This document shows positions 38,380-47,970 of a stretch of DNA of 64,000 bases, piece after piece (position 1 is the first letter of the stretch; every line of letters starts with the position of its first letter). The position numbers and the translations under genes were made by a program. Below the pieces are notes generated by a model. It was not told where the DNA came from. It did no database searches and saw only the letters and a program-made list of their open reading frames with translations. Source of the DNA: Acidobacteriota bacterium (GTDB lineage Bacteria > Acidobacteriota > CAIWXX01); the NCBI GenBank assembly GCA_040755995.1, contig JBFMAF010000027.1, positions 1 to 64,000 of the forward strand, given 5' to 3'.

Positions 38380-38395
38380 TGCAAGAAGGCTGCCA
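38380..38395 (-). promoter_or_regulatory. sigma54 promoter at the head of the minus-strand cytochrome operon
   Basis: Minus strand TGGCAGCCTTCTTGCA (GG-N10-GC). Confidence 0.75.
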
Positions 38396-38785
38396 GAGAG
38401 AGTCGGCGCAGACCAGAACCAGAAGGTGCTCGGCCGATTGGCGGCACCTTCGGGGCATACGATGTCGCGTCGGATCCAGCGCGGCCTCTATGTGCCACTG
38501 CCAAAGATCCGATCGCCATTCGCTTACTCCGCTGGCTCTGTCCACGACACCCGAGTCTTCCACCTGGATCACCCTCAATTCTCGTTCGCACCACCTGTGC
38601 CCGGCATCGGTTGCACGACTACCTACGCGCCTCCCTATCAGGCTGTCGTGGGCGACGTGGCAATGCCTCCGGACATCGTGAGAGTGTCGGCCGGCGGGCG
38701 CGAGGAGTACTACTCGATGGCGCGCAACTGAGAGGTCCCGGCCCCAAGGACGGGGGCGGGAACGGCCCTTCGGCTCCGGGAGGGA

Positions 38786-39043
38786 ATGGCAATCGGGGCC
38801 GACATGAAGCTCAGGTACTCAGATTTCTTTGTCGGTACGGAACCCCCAGGCTATCAAGTGGATCAATTCGTGGGGCGCGGCAGGGACGACGTCCTCTATC
38901 AGGCCGACCACACTGTGCACTTGCAGCCCAAGCTCGTAGCCCGGCCGAACGATACGACCACGTGGATCACGGTCACCGTGAACTGGCTTTCCATCACCTA
39001 CGAGATAGTCAGGAGCGATCAGATGGGCACGGGCATTCGTTGA
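38786..39043 (+). CDS. Small hypothetical protein or gene remnant
   Basis: Protein-like composition and GGGAGGG RBS; no recognisable family. Confidence 0.3.
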   Translation: MAIGADMKLRYSDFFVGTEPPGYQVDQFVGRGRDDVLYQADHTVHLQPKLVARPNDTTTWITVTVNWLSITYEIVRSDQMGTGIR

Positions 39044-39073
39044 TCATGAGGAACCTGCACACAGGTGACCCGG

Positions 39074-41479
39074 TCATTCAGCAGGATGCGTGGCCCCGCA
39101 AGCGAGCAGGTCCAGGATCTCGCCTGAGAGGTACGAATCGTAATTGAAAACTGTGAAACCGCCTGTCCCCTGCTGCCGCGTCTCCAGGATCTGCACTATT
39201 ACCTGGTCGGCGGTGAGGTGTGGCGCGCACGCGCCAATCCCGGGGTAGACCGGAATCGCCCCGTTCACGAACCGCATCTGCTTCGACAGCAGCTCGGAGA
39301 ACTCATCCGCCTCCGGCGTGTAGTCCATCGGGTGAACCGTGTCGAGATATCCCTTGCGGATCCAGTCGAGCCAATCCTGGCCGACCGTCTTGCGACATGA
39401 CGGGTAGTCGCTGAAAACCGCTGCGGAGATCCTGATCTGAGGCTTGAGGGCCTTCGCCCTGTCGTGCACTTCGCGGACAAGTGCAGTGATCTGCTTCGCA
39501 CGCCAGTCGCGATACTCCTTCCGCAGCGAGCCGCTGTAGCTGTCCTGCGGCCAGTGCGCCACTGGAGATCCCCGCTCCGTCTCGAATCGCGACCGGCAGC
39601 CGTCGCAATAGCACGTGGTCTCATCGGGGTATCGGATGTAGTCGAAATGAATGCCGTCCACGCCATAGCGCGATGCCACCTCGAGCATCGAGTCCGCCTC
39701 GAGCTTCCGGTTCAGCGGGTGCGACGGGCACAGCCATCTGACCTCCTCGCCCCACACGTCGACCTGCGTCCTATTCTCGGACTTCATCTTCTCGTAGAAC
39801 CATTCCGGAGCGGAGTAGAGATTCCAGTTCACCTTCCAGACGTGGACCTCGATCCCGAGCGGCTTGCAAGCGGCGAGGCACTGTGCGATCTGGTCGCCGT
39901 ATTCGCGGAACGTAGCTGAGCGTGGCAGGAGCGCCGACGGATAGTGAGCTGAGCCTGCATCCAGCATGTTGGGGATGACTGCATTGAACCCAGAATCGGC
40001 CAGCTGGCGCGCCGACCGCGCCCAGTCTCCGGGCCAGACGCCCGTGCCCGTGTGGTTCCAGACGGCGCGGAGCTCGGAAGAGGCGGGGCGCTGGCAGAGC
40101 GCGTACGCGCTGATCAGGGCGCGGCGCGCGTTGAACGCCGGGGCGATCACTTGCGGGTACGCGGATTTCTGATAGGCGCTCCACGCGGCGGCGTGCCGCG
40201 CCTTCGCCGCAGCAAGCTCCGCCAAGACTGCCTCGGGGTCGAGACTTGACGGCGCCTTCGCCTCGATGTCTCGACACGCCTCATCGAATCCGGCGTACCT
40301 GCCGACCTCGCCGTCGTGAGCAATGGCGTCGCCGGCGATCGTCTTCCTGAGAGCCGGCACGTGGTGGGCGATGAGAGCCAGGAGCATCTGCGACTTCCCG
40401 AGCGGGTCATCTCCGAGCAGCACATGCGAGAAGTACACGCCGGCGGGGCCATCGAAGAGAGCTGGGTCGGAAGCGGCAGCCCCCTCGCACGCTTCCCATC
40501 GAGCGATGATTCGAGTGGCGGCGGAGGCACTGGAGGCGACCATGTGTCCCCAGGATTCCTGGAGCACCTGCTCGGGAAGGCCCGTCATTCGCGGATTTGA
40601 GAATCGAATCGAACAGGCCTCGCGGTCGCTCCATGATGTCTCCCTGATCCCCAGCAGCTTCTCCAGCCGATCGTCCACATCGCAGCAGGCGAAGAGCTTT
40701 CCCCCTCGACCGACGTACTCCTCGATCCGATCGAGCTCTGAGTCCGACATCACGGGGTTGTACGGAAAGATGGCAATCCTAGAGCCATCGAGCATGCCGG
40801 ACTCCACATCCTCGTCGGTGAGCAGGGTTGGGCGCAGATCATACTCCCGCAGTCGGTCCAGGAATGGCGCGCAGTACTCATCGACGTCCTCTCCCCACTC
40901 AGCGGACGTCTTCGTTCCCTTGACCACCATGACATCGGCCGTGTAGGCCCAGAGACGATCGGCATAGAGGCTGGTGTCGCGGGACTTCCCGCGCCAGGGC
41001 GAGAGCCGGATGCCGTCGACGCGATCCCAGCCTGCCGGCGACCCCTCGATGCTGAAGTCCGGCTTGTCGAACACCAGCGTGTTCCATCCGGGCTCATCCA
41101 GCGAAGCGCCCCCGGCATACCATCCGTCGCCGCTTCGGAAATAGAGAGTGAACCAGCCGGCGGCCTGGGGGTCGGCGCAGTAGACGAGGAGCGCGAATGA
41201 ATGGAAGCGCGAAAGATTCAGGGAGACGTCCCGGTCCCAGTAGCACCGCTCGCGCCCGGGCTGCGTGAAATCGCACGGAAAGACCGCGAAGGGCCCGGCC
41301 GAGTCGAGCTTGTCCATGCGCGCGAGCGGCGATTGAGCCTGGGCGACCCATGCAGCTCTGACGGCCGCGTTGTCACTGTAGGAGAAGGTGTCGATGTCGA
41401 GTTGTGTGGCGGCCTGCGCCCGTGACGCGAGGACGACGAGCACCAGCACAAGCAATCTGCACGGACGGTTCGCATTCAT
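39074..41479 (-). CDS. Exported GHL10 (YddW/UPF0748-like) glycoside hydrolase with N-terminal carbohydrate-binding-like domain
   Basis: Signal peptide; ELRAVW, GFNAVIP, GIEVHVW, WLCPSHP, YGVDGIHFDYIRYP, QDWLDW, PMDY. Confidence 0.88.
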   Translation of the reverse strand: MNANRPCRLLVLVLVVLASRAQAATQLDIDTFSYSDNAAVRAAWVAQAQSPLARMDKLDSAGPFAVFPCDFTQPGRERCYWDRDVSLNLSRFHSFALLVYCADPQAAGWFTLYFRSGDGWYAGGASLDEPGWNTLVFDKPDFSIEGSPAGWDRVDGIRLSPWRGKSRDTSLYADRLWAYTADVMVVKGTKTSAEWGEDVDEYCAPFLDRLREYDLRPTLLTDEDVESGMLDGSRIAIFPYNPVMSDSELDRIEEYVGRGGKLFACCDVDDRLEKLLGIRETSWSDREACSIRFSNPRMTGLPEQVLQESWGHMVASSASAATRIIARWEACEGAAASDPALFDGPAGVYFSHVLLGDDPLGKSQMLLALIAHHVPALRKTIAGDAIAHDGEVGRYAGFDEACRDIEAKAPSSLDPEAVLAELAAAKARHAAAWSAYQKSAYPQVIAPAFNARRALISAYALCQRPASSELRAVWNHTGTGVWPGDWARSARQLADSGFNAVIPNMLDAGSAHYPSALLPRSATFREYGDQIAQCLAACKPLGIEVHVWKVNWNLYSAPEWFYEKMKSENRTQVDVWGEEVRWLCPSHPLNRKLEADSMLEVASRYGVDGIHFDYIRYPDETTCYCDGCRSRFETERGSPVAHWPQDSYSGSLRKEYRDWRAKQITALVREVHDRAKALKPQIRISAAVFSDYPSCRKTVGQDWLDWIRKGYLDTVHPMDYTPEADEFSELLSKQMRFVNGAIPVYPGIGACAPHLTADQVIVQILETRQQGTGGFTVFNYDSYLSGEILDLLACGATHPAE

Positions 41480-41491
41480 GATGGCCTCCGG

Positions 41492-42159
41492 CTATCGTTT
41501 TCTCCGCTTCTCCAGCATTTCCCGCATCATCCGCTCGGCTTCTTCGTCTCCGTACTGCCGCCGCAGGTCGGTCTGGATCGAATAGGGCGGGAGCGAGTCG
41601 GCGACGGCATCTGCCTCCTTGGTGCGGCCCATCGCGCGCAGCAGGTTCTCGTAGGCCCACACAGCATCATAGAGATCCGGATGCCTGTCATCCAGATACC
41701 TGCGGCGGATGGCGATGGCACGTTGATAATAGGGCTCGGCCTCCGCGTATTGCTTCAGTTCGTGGTACACGCTCGCCAGCCCAAGCGCTGTCTGCGACAG
41801 CTGCAGCGTCTCCTCTTTCGATGTCTTCTCTTCGATCATGAGCGCTCTCAGCAGACACGCTTCAGCGTCCGCGTAGCGTTTCTGGTTGCACATCACGGCT
41901 GCTGGCGAGTTGAGCGCGTCGGCGATCCTCGGATCTTCGTTGCCCTGCTTTGTCTCGATAAGCTGGATGATGCGCCGGTACTTCTCCTCGATGATTCGGT
42001 CCCTCGCCTGCCCATGTTGCAGTGGATGGAAGCTGTGTTCTGAACGGAGCAACCTTCTGATCTCATCTCGCGCGAATCCTCCGGTCGCAGCCTCGTCCCG
42101 CAAGCCAGGCAGTACGAGTACTTGCCGTCAATCTCGACCCCGCACGTCGGACAGCTCAC
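41492..42159 (-). pseudogene. Zinc-ribbon + TPR protein split by an apparent frameshift near 42000
   Basis: AGGAG RBS and GTG 42159 give CPTCG...CLACG and ASIHCNMGR in one frame; TPR_12 repeats (EEKYRRII..., LASVYHELKQYAEAEPYYQRA) lie in another frame. Confidence 0.55.
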
Positions 42160-42321
42160 GGCAGCTCCTGCCTTATCCGCGATACTACCATCAGCAGCTG
42201 CGATGGTACATGGGGGAGCCTGATCCCGCCACACGGTCCTTGCAGTCGTGGACTGGCCAATCTGCCCCCCGTTGTCACAATAACTCGATCGTCCAGACGT
42301 TAGTCAGGGTAGCTGATCAGG

Positions 42322-42915
42322 GTGATAGGATTGAGCCAGGTGGCGCTCTTGGAGATGGATGCCGATCTTGTGGCGGCGTATCGGCAGGGAGACGCGCGGG
42401 CGTTCGAGCAGCTGGTGCAGCGGTACGAGCGGCCGTTGTTCACATACATATTGCGGATGCTCGGCAACCGGGAGGACGCTGAGGATGTTTTCCAGGATAC
42501 GGTGCGGCGAATTCTGGAACACATGGAATCGTATGAAGAACGAGGCAAGTTTGGATCCTGGCTGTTCCGGATCGCGCATCGTCTCTGCGCCGACAGGGCT
42601 CGAAGAAGCGCACGATGGCGGCCCCTGTTGTCGAGGAAGATCCGCGCGGAGGACTCTGATCGGGCTCGTGAGTGGGCCGATCCGTCACCCGGACCAGACG
42701 AAGTCCTGGAGGAGAAAGAGCTGATGGACCTGATCGCTTGCGCCTTGCGACGGCTTCCGCCGCGACAGCGGGAGGTGTTCCTGCTGCGCGAACATTCCGG
42801 GCTGAGGTTTCGCGAAATATCCGAGATCGTTGGGAGGCCGTTGAATACAGTCCTGGGCCAGATGCGGCTGGCCACGCTCGCCGTCCGCGCGGCGCTGGGG
42901 GAGAGAACGCGATGA
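42322..42915 (+). CDS. ECF sigma factor (start possibly ATG 42355)
   Basis: GDARAFEQLVQRY, AEDVFQD, FGSWLFRIA, LPPRQREVFLLRE...EISEIVG. Confidence 0.93.
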   Translation: MIGLSQVALLEMDADLVAAYRQGDARAFEQLVQRYERPLFTYILRMLGNREDAEDVFQDTVRRILEHMESYEERGKFGSWLFRIAHRLCADRARRSARWRPLLSRKIRAEDSDRAREWADPSPGPDEVLEEKELMDLIACALRRLPPRQREVFLLREHSGLRFREISEIVGRPLNTVLGQMRLATLAVRAALGERTR

Positions 42916-43469
42916 AGAGCGCTTGCGACCGGAACATGCTGGCTCTGTTTCTGTATGAGGAGCTGGGCCGGGAGGAGCGGCGCGCGTTGCAAGGACATCT
43001 GGATGAGTGCGGGGACTGCACGCAGGAGCTGGCGCGCCTCGACGAGGCGTTGCATGTCTACAGACAGCTGCCCGACGAGATCCCGCCGCGACGAGCGGTA
43101 CTGTCGAGCGTGACTGCGGGCGGTGCTCCCGTGCGAGCCGGCCTTGCTCTGTGGCTGCGGAGGTGGACCGTGGCACTGGCGGCGGTCTGCGGAATTCTGC
43201 TGGTGGCGGGGCTGTCGATCCTGTCAATGCGGCTCTCCCTGCCGAGTACCACTCCGGGCGGCGGGATATCGGCCTGGACGACCGCTGAGAGCGAATCGCT
43301 GGACTCGCTCTCACGGCAACTCGCGTCCTATCGCAAGACTCAGGTTCCCGTTCGCAACCCGTCCGATGCTCTGAGCCGCGTTTCGATGCCGACGCTGGAT
43401 GAACAGATCTCCAGCTTGCGGCAGCAGATAGACACCCTTTCGAAATCAGTCTCGACGGAGACATTCTAG
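42912..43469 (+). CDS. zf-HC2 transmembrane anti-sigma factor
   Basis: ATGA overlap with the sigma gene; HLDECGDC; single TM. Confidence 0.85.
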   Translation: MKSACDRNMLALFLYEELGREERRALQGHLDECGDCTQELARLDEALHVYRQLPDEIPPRRAVLSSVTAGGAPVRAGLALWLRRWTVALAAVCGILLVAGLSILSMRLSLPSTTPGGGISAWTTAESESLDSLSRQLASYRKTQVPVRNPSDALSRVSMPTLDEQISSLRQQIDTLSKSVSTETF

Positions 43470-43481
43470 TAGGAGGAGACC

Positions 43482-44057
43482 ATGCTACGCATTCTGCTCA
43501 GTGCACTGGCATCGTTGTCGATGCTGCTTGTATCGGCCTCGTGGATTGTCGCTCAACCGCAGCCGCCCGGCCCGCCTGCTCCTCCTGAGCCGAGGATGGA
43601 AGAGGCGGCGCTCAAATTCGTTCAGACCTACCACCCCAGCCGAGCGGAAGATCTCAAGCGCATGAGGGCGCAGCGCCCGGAAGAGTACAACAGAGTCATC
43701 ACGGACATCTGGCACAGGACGCAGGGACTGGCCGCCCTGCAGAGAGATGATCCCGCACGCTACGACCTCGAGATCCGGCAAGAGACCCTTGAGGAGAAAT
43801 CGTTCGTCCTCGCTCAGAAGTACCGGGCCGCGAAGGATGAAAGGGAGAAACAGGACATCAGGAAGCAGGTCGAGGCCGCGGTGAACGAACAGTTCGAAGT
43901 TCGGGAGCAGATGAAGGAGGCGGATGTCAAGCGAATGGAGGCGGAGCTCCAGCAGGTGAAGGAGAAGCTGAAGCAGCGGCGCGCCAACCAGAGCGAGATA
44001 GTGAAACGGCGCGTGGACCAACTGCTCAGCATGGGCGAAGGCCTCGAATGGGATTGA
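43482..44057 (+). CDS. Exported helical protein (Spy/CpxP-like partner of the ECF pair)
   Basis: AGGAGG RBS; signal peptide; Pro-rich linker; charged coiled coil. Confidence 0.75.
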   Translation: MLRILLSALASLSMLLVSASWIVAQPQPPGPPAPPEPRMEEAALKFVQTYHPSRAEDLKRMRAQRPEEYNRVITDIWHRTQGLAALQRDDPARYDLEIRQETLEEKSFVLAQKYRAAKDEREKQDIRKQVEAAVNEQFEVREQMKEADVKRMEAELQQVKEKLKQRRANQSEIVKRRVDQLLSMGEGLEWD

Positions 44058-44071
44058 CCCAGACGCCGCGC

Positions 44072-47000
44072 CTAGTCCACGCGTTCGAGCGTGATCCGGA
44101 AGCCCTGTCCCGGGAACTCGCACGTCCCCGACAGGCTGCGCGCGCCGGGGTCAGGCATCGGTACGCGACAAGTGGTGCTGTCGGAGGGACGGCCGTCCTG
44201 GATGAACTCGAGAATGAGCACCCCGCCTGAGTAACGCCATCGGGTAGTCTCGCCCGGGTTCTTCTGCCACGGTCCCTGGGCGGAGCTCCAGTTCCTCCCG
44301 ACCTCCCCCGTGGACTGCAGGCACATGTAGGTTGTGGTCTTGGGGCTCTGGAAGCGCCAGACTGAGCCGTCGAGCGACGCGGTGGGAGTCGCAGGTCTTT
44401 CGCCGGCAGGAGGAGCGACGCTTGTAGGCGGCTGTGCCGGCGTCGCGCGCGCCTCCATGCGAGAGCGCAGCAGGTCGGCTATTGCGAGCTTCTGCGCACG
44501 CACGTCCTCGGACTCGTTCGCATCATGGATCTGCGTCTGTTCGAGCGCAGTGAGCTCGTAGCGGCCGCGGAGCGCGGGATCTGCGCCGCTTTCGAGGAGC
44601 AGATCCGCCATCGCACGCATGCCGTACCTGGAGGCCCAGGTGAGAGGCGTATCGCCGACGACGTTGCGCTGGTTGGGATCTGCGCCGTTTTCGAGCAGCA
44701 GGCGCGCCAGGTCAACGTTGCCGTCGAATACGGCACAAAACAGCGGTTCGCCAAGGTGGGGAGAGACGCGAGCATTGGCGCCGAGAGCGATGAGCCGGCG
44801 TGCCATGGCCAACTGGTCCGAGCGCGACCATCGGGCGACAGTCGCGGTGTTCGCACACACGACCTCCCAGAGCGGTGTCCTGCGGCTGCTCGATACGTAT
44901 CCGGCATTGGCCCCGTGCTGCAGGAGGAGCTCGGCGATGGCAGACTGTCCCTGGCCGAGCGCCCACATGAGCATAGTGTCATCACCCTGGAAGATCTGCT
45001 CGGCGCGAGCGCCACGGGACAGCGCAACGCGGGCCACATCCGCATCGCCGGCGTACCCGTTTGCTCCCAAGTTCGCTTCGAGGGCACGCTTCAGCACCTC
45101 GTCAGGCGGCAGAGTGTATTCCTCTCGGAAGCCCAGATCATCGAACGGCAGGCCATGGGATTGTGCAATGGCAAGTGCCTCTGGACAGATCGAATCCCAA
45201 CTCTCGAAGCGGAAAGGCTCAACCACGGCCCCACGATCGAGGAAGAGCGACACGAGCTGTGGCCGGCAGTTGCGCAAGGCGCAGCGGATCGTCGATTGTG
45301 TGATCCGTGCGCCGCGGTCGAGGAGAAGTGCAGCGACTTGCAGGTTGCCTGCCCTGCATGCCGCTTCCAGCGGCGAAAGGCACTCGGCCCCGTCCGCGCG
45401 AGCGTTGGGGTTGGCACCGTGGTCCAAGAGCGCGGGCACGAGGTCCGGGTTCTCGGGGATGGCCTCGGAAAGCACCGCACACCTGCCCTCGGCCGGCAAG
45501 TTCGGATCGGCGCCATGATCGAGGAGCAGCCTCACCATCTCGGGGTGATGATAGCGCAACGCCGCGTGAAGCAGTGTGTGGCCGTATTCGTCGCGGCCCG
45601 CGAGGTCAGCCCCGGCCTCGATGAGAGCCGTCGCTCGGACGGCCTGGTTCGCCTCGACCGCGACGAACAACCGCTCGGTGTAATACGCTCGTCGGCGCTC
45701 CTGCGTGTCCACGCGCCGGAGGACCTCGGCGGTCTCCTGACAAGCCTCCCGCCGCTCCCGTGCGGTGCTGCGCAACGTCGGGTCGAGCGCGCTCCTCCCG
45801 CTCGGATCGGCCAGGTCCGGCCGAGCGCCCCAGTCAAGCAGCATCCTAGCCAGGTCCGCTTTGCACCCACCCACGGCGTACATCAGCGGCGTCCAACCGA
45901 GCACGTCGCGCGCGTTGACCTGCGCCCCGGCCTTGAGCAGGGGTTCAACGATCATGGCTGCCATGCCTTCGTCCCATCCGCCGGCGCCGGCCGCGTGATG
46001 CACGGCCGTCCGGCCTTTGAGGTCCTGCGCGTGAGGATCGGCTCCCAGTTCCAGGAGCACCGCAAGGACCTCGCCATAGTATGATGGGGCGCCCATGAGC
46101 GGCGTACGACCCGCCTGGTCGCGGGCGTTCACGTTTGCTCCACGGGTCACGAGAACCCGCGCAAGCTCCTTGTTGACGTCGTAGACGAAGAACAGCGGAG
46201 TGCGTCCTTCACGATCCGTTGCCGCGGCATTCGCGCCGCGATCGAGCATGAGCGTGGCGAGCTCTACCGGCGCCCCGCTCCTCGCCGCGACAAGCAGCGC
46301 CGTGCCGCCGTCCGGCGTGCGGGCGTCGAGCTTTGCGCCTTTGTCGACCAGGGCTCTTGCTGCGTCCCACTGCTCATTCTTCAGCGCGTCCCACAGCCGG
46401 CGGGTTGTCTCATCAGCCGGCGGCTCCACCGGTCTCGCACAGGCGGCTCGGGTTTCCACCTCGATCGCGAGCAGGGCTCGCCGGATGAAGGCCTGCTGCA
46501 TCGCGAGCAAGTCGCGATTGGTGACAATGGCCCTAGCGCACGCTTCCTCCACGTCGGGGCCGCCGAGCAGCGCCTGCGCCCCCTGCCAGAGCACGCCGGA
46601 GATCGTCACCTTGCGGTTGCGATACTCGTCGAGGTAGCGATCGAGGAGCTCCTCCCGCATCCGGATCGATGAAGGCACGAGCAGTGTGAGTGCGAGTACA
46701 TCGTCCGCCGTGGCTGTGCCGGCGGAGGCCCGCCTATAGATCCCTGCGATCATCGAAGCATAGACAAAGGCGGCGCGGTTCAGGAGCGCGAACTCGGCGG
46801 AGTTGGCTGCCACTTCGCCCGTATTCTCCAGGCGCGAAAATAGCGACCAGCCAAGCGCGCCGGCCTGGGCCTTGATGTTCTTGTTGACGCCTGCCAGAGC
46901 GCCTTTGATCTGTGTGCGGCGCGCGAAGTTGGTCTCGGCGGCCAGGGCCTTTGTGAGGTCGGAGCGCTGCGCCAGAAGTGAGGACATAGCCGCGGCCGAC

Positions 47001-47848
47001 TGCTCCGCCTCGCTGAGCGACTTGACGTCTCCCAGTGTCTCGCGAACCAGGCCCCGGCGGTACTGGTGAAGCTCGTTGCGAAGCGACTCGGGGTCGGTGA
47101 GCGGAGCCTCCCCGGAGTAGAGAGAGAAGATCCGCGCCGTGCTCTCATAGAGCGTGGCCGCGAAGTCCAGGTCGAAGAAGGAGGCCGGCGTGGCACCGGG
47201 GGCGATAGTTCGGCTGAAGACCTCGTCTGCCACGTCGAGGATTGTTGCATCGCGGCTGATCGCCCGGAAGCTCTCGCCATCGGCGCGGTAGCGCTGTGCC
47301 CGCTCCTGGTACTCTCGCGCTTGCGCGAGCAAGGCGTCGGGCGCAAGGCCGTCGAGGAGCAGAAAGGCTGTGAACAACTCCTCCGTGAGCGCCGGGTCGG
47401 CAACCGGTTGGCCGTCGGCGCGGCGCAGCCACACATGGCGCACCGTGGTCCCGCCGGCCTCGCATCGTACAGGCACGTAGCTCTCTCCCCTCCATGCGAG
47501 CTCGACCCCTGTGCGCTCCCACCCAACGATCGTGTTCCTGAATTCCCCTCTGCGTTCGCTCTCACCCTGTCCGCACGCCGCAGCAAGTGCTCCCGAGCAG
47601 AGCAACGTGACGACGGGGAGGGCAAGCCAGGATGCCCGGCTGCGGCTGTCAGGTAGACGGCACGCCTGGCCTGCGGACGCCGAAACAGCCATCCCGGCCT
47701 GCCTGTGCGCGAGCGATGGCAGCCCACGCGTGTGAGATCTGGAACAAGTGATGCTCGGCATGTTCATGCTCAAGCTTCCGACAGGATAATCCCAGACCCA
47801 TAGCGGAAGCAAGTCGTCACTCGATGGATGAGTCCTCAAGCCTGGCAT
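44072..47848 (-). CDS. Large ankyrin-repeat protein, probable lipoprotein (start likely near 47692)
   Basis: Lipobox-like LAAAC; many GxTPL...LL..GAD.N ankyrin repeats; unassigned helical N-terminal domain. Confidence 0.88.
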   Translation of the reverse strand: MPGLRTHPSSDDLLPLWVWDYPVGSLSMNMPSITCSRSHTRGLPSLAHRQAGMAVSASAGQACRLPDSRSRASWLALPVVTLLCSGALAAACGQGESERRGEFRNTIVGWERTGVELAWRGESYVPVRCEAGGTTVRHVWLRRADGQPVADPALTEELFTAFLLLDGLAPDALLAQAREYQERAQRYRADGESFRAISRDATILDVADEVFSRTIAPGATPASFFDLDFAATLYESTARIFSLYSGEAPLTDPESLRNELHQYRRGLVRETLGDVKSLSEAEQSAAAMSSLLAQRSDLTKALAAETNFARRTQIKGALAGVNKNIKAQAGALGWSLFSRLENTGEVAANSAEFALLNRAAFVYASMIAGIYRRASAGTATADDVLALTLLVPSSIRMREELLDRYLDEYRNRKVTISGVLWQGAQALLGGPDVEEACARAIVTNRDLLAMQQAFIRRALLAIEVETRAACARPVEPPADETTRRLWDALKNEQWDAARALVDKGAKLDARTPDGGTALLVAARSGAPVELATLMLDRGANAAATDREGRTPLFFVYDVNKELARVLVTRGANVNARDQAGRTPLMGAPSYYGEVLAVLLELGADPHAQDLKGRTAVHHAAGAGGWDEGMAAMIVEPLLKAGAQVNARDVLGWTPLMYAVGGCKADLARMLLDWGARPDLADPSGRSALDPTLRSTARERREACQETAEVLRRVDTQERRRAYYTERLFVAVEANQAVRATALIEAGADLAGRDEYGHTLLHAALRYHHPEMVRLLLDHGADPNLPAEGRCAVLSEAIPENPDLVPALLDHGANPNARADGAECLSPLEAACRAGNLQVAALLLDRGARITQSTIRCALRNCRPQLVSLFLDRGAVVEPFRFESWDSICPEALAIAQSHGLPFDDLGFREEYTLPPDEVLKRALEANLGANGYAGDADVARVALSRGARAEQIFQGDDTMLMWALGQGQSAIAELLLQHGANAGYVSSSRRTPLWEVVCANTATVARWSRSDQLAMARRLIALGANARVSPHLGEPLFCAVFDGNVDLARLLLENGADPNQRNVVGDTPLTWASRYGMRAMADLLLESGADPALRGRYELTALEQTQIHDANESEDVRAQKLAIADLLRSRMEARATPAQPPTSVAPPAGERPATPTASLDGSVWRFQSPKTTTYMCLQSTGEVGRNWSSAQGPWQKNPGETTRWRYSGGVLILEFIQDGRPSDSTTCRVPMPDPGARSLSGTCEFPGQGFRITLERVD

Positions 47849-47970
47849 CGGGTCCCGTGGCCCTGACGCCCATCAGTGATCGAGAGAATCACCACCGAAG
47901 CCCGACAATCCAGATGAGATCGGCACAGGTCGTCGCAGTGCGCGTGCAACTGCCATAGACAGGCTATGAT

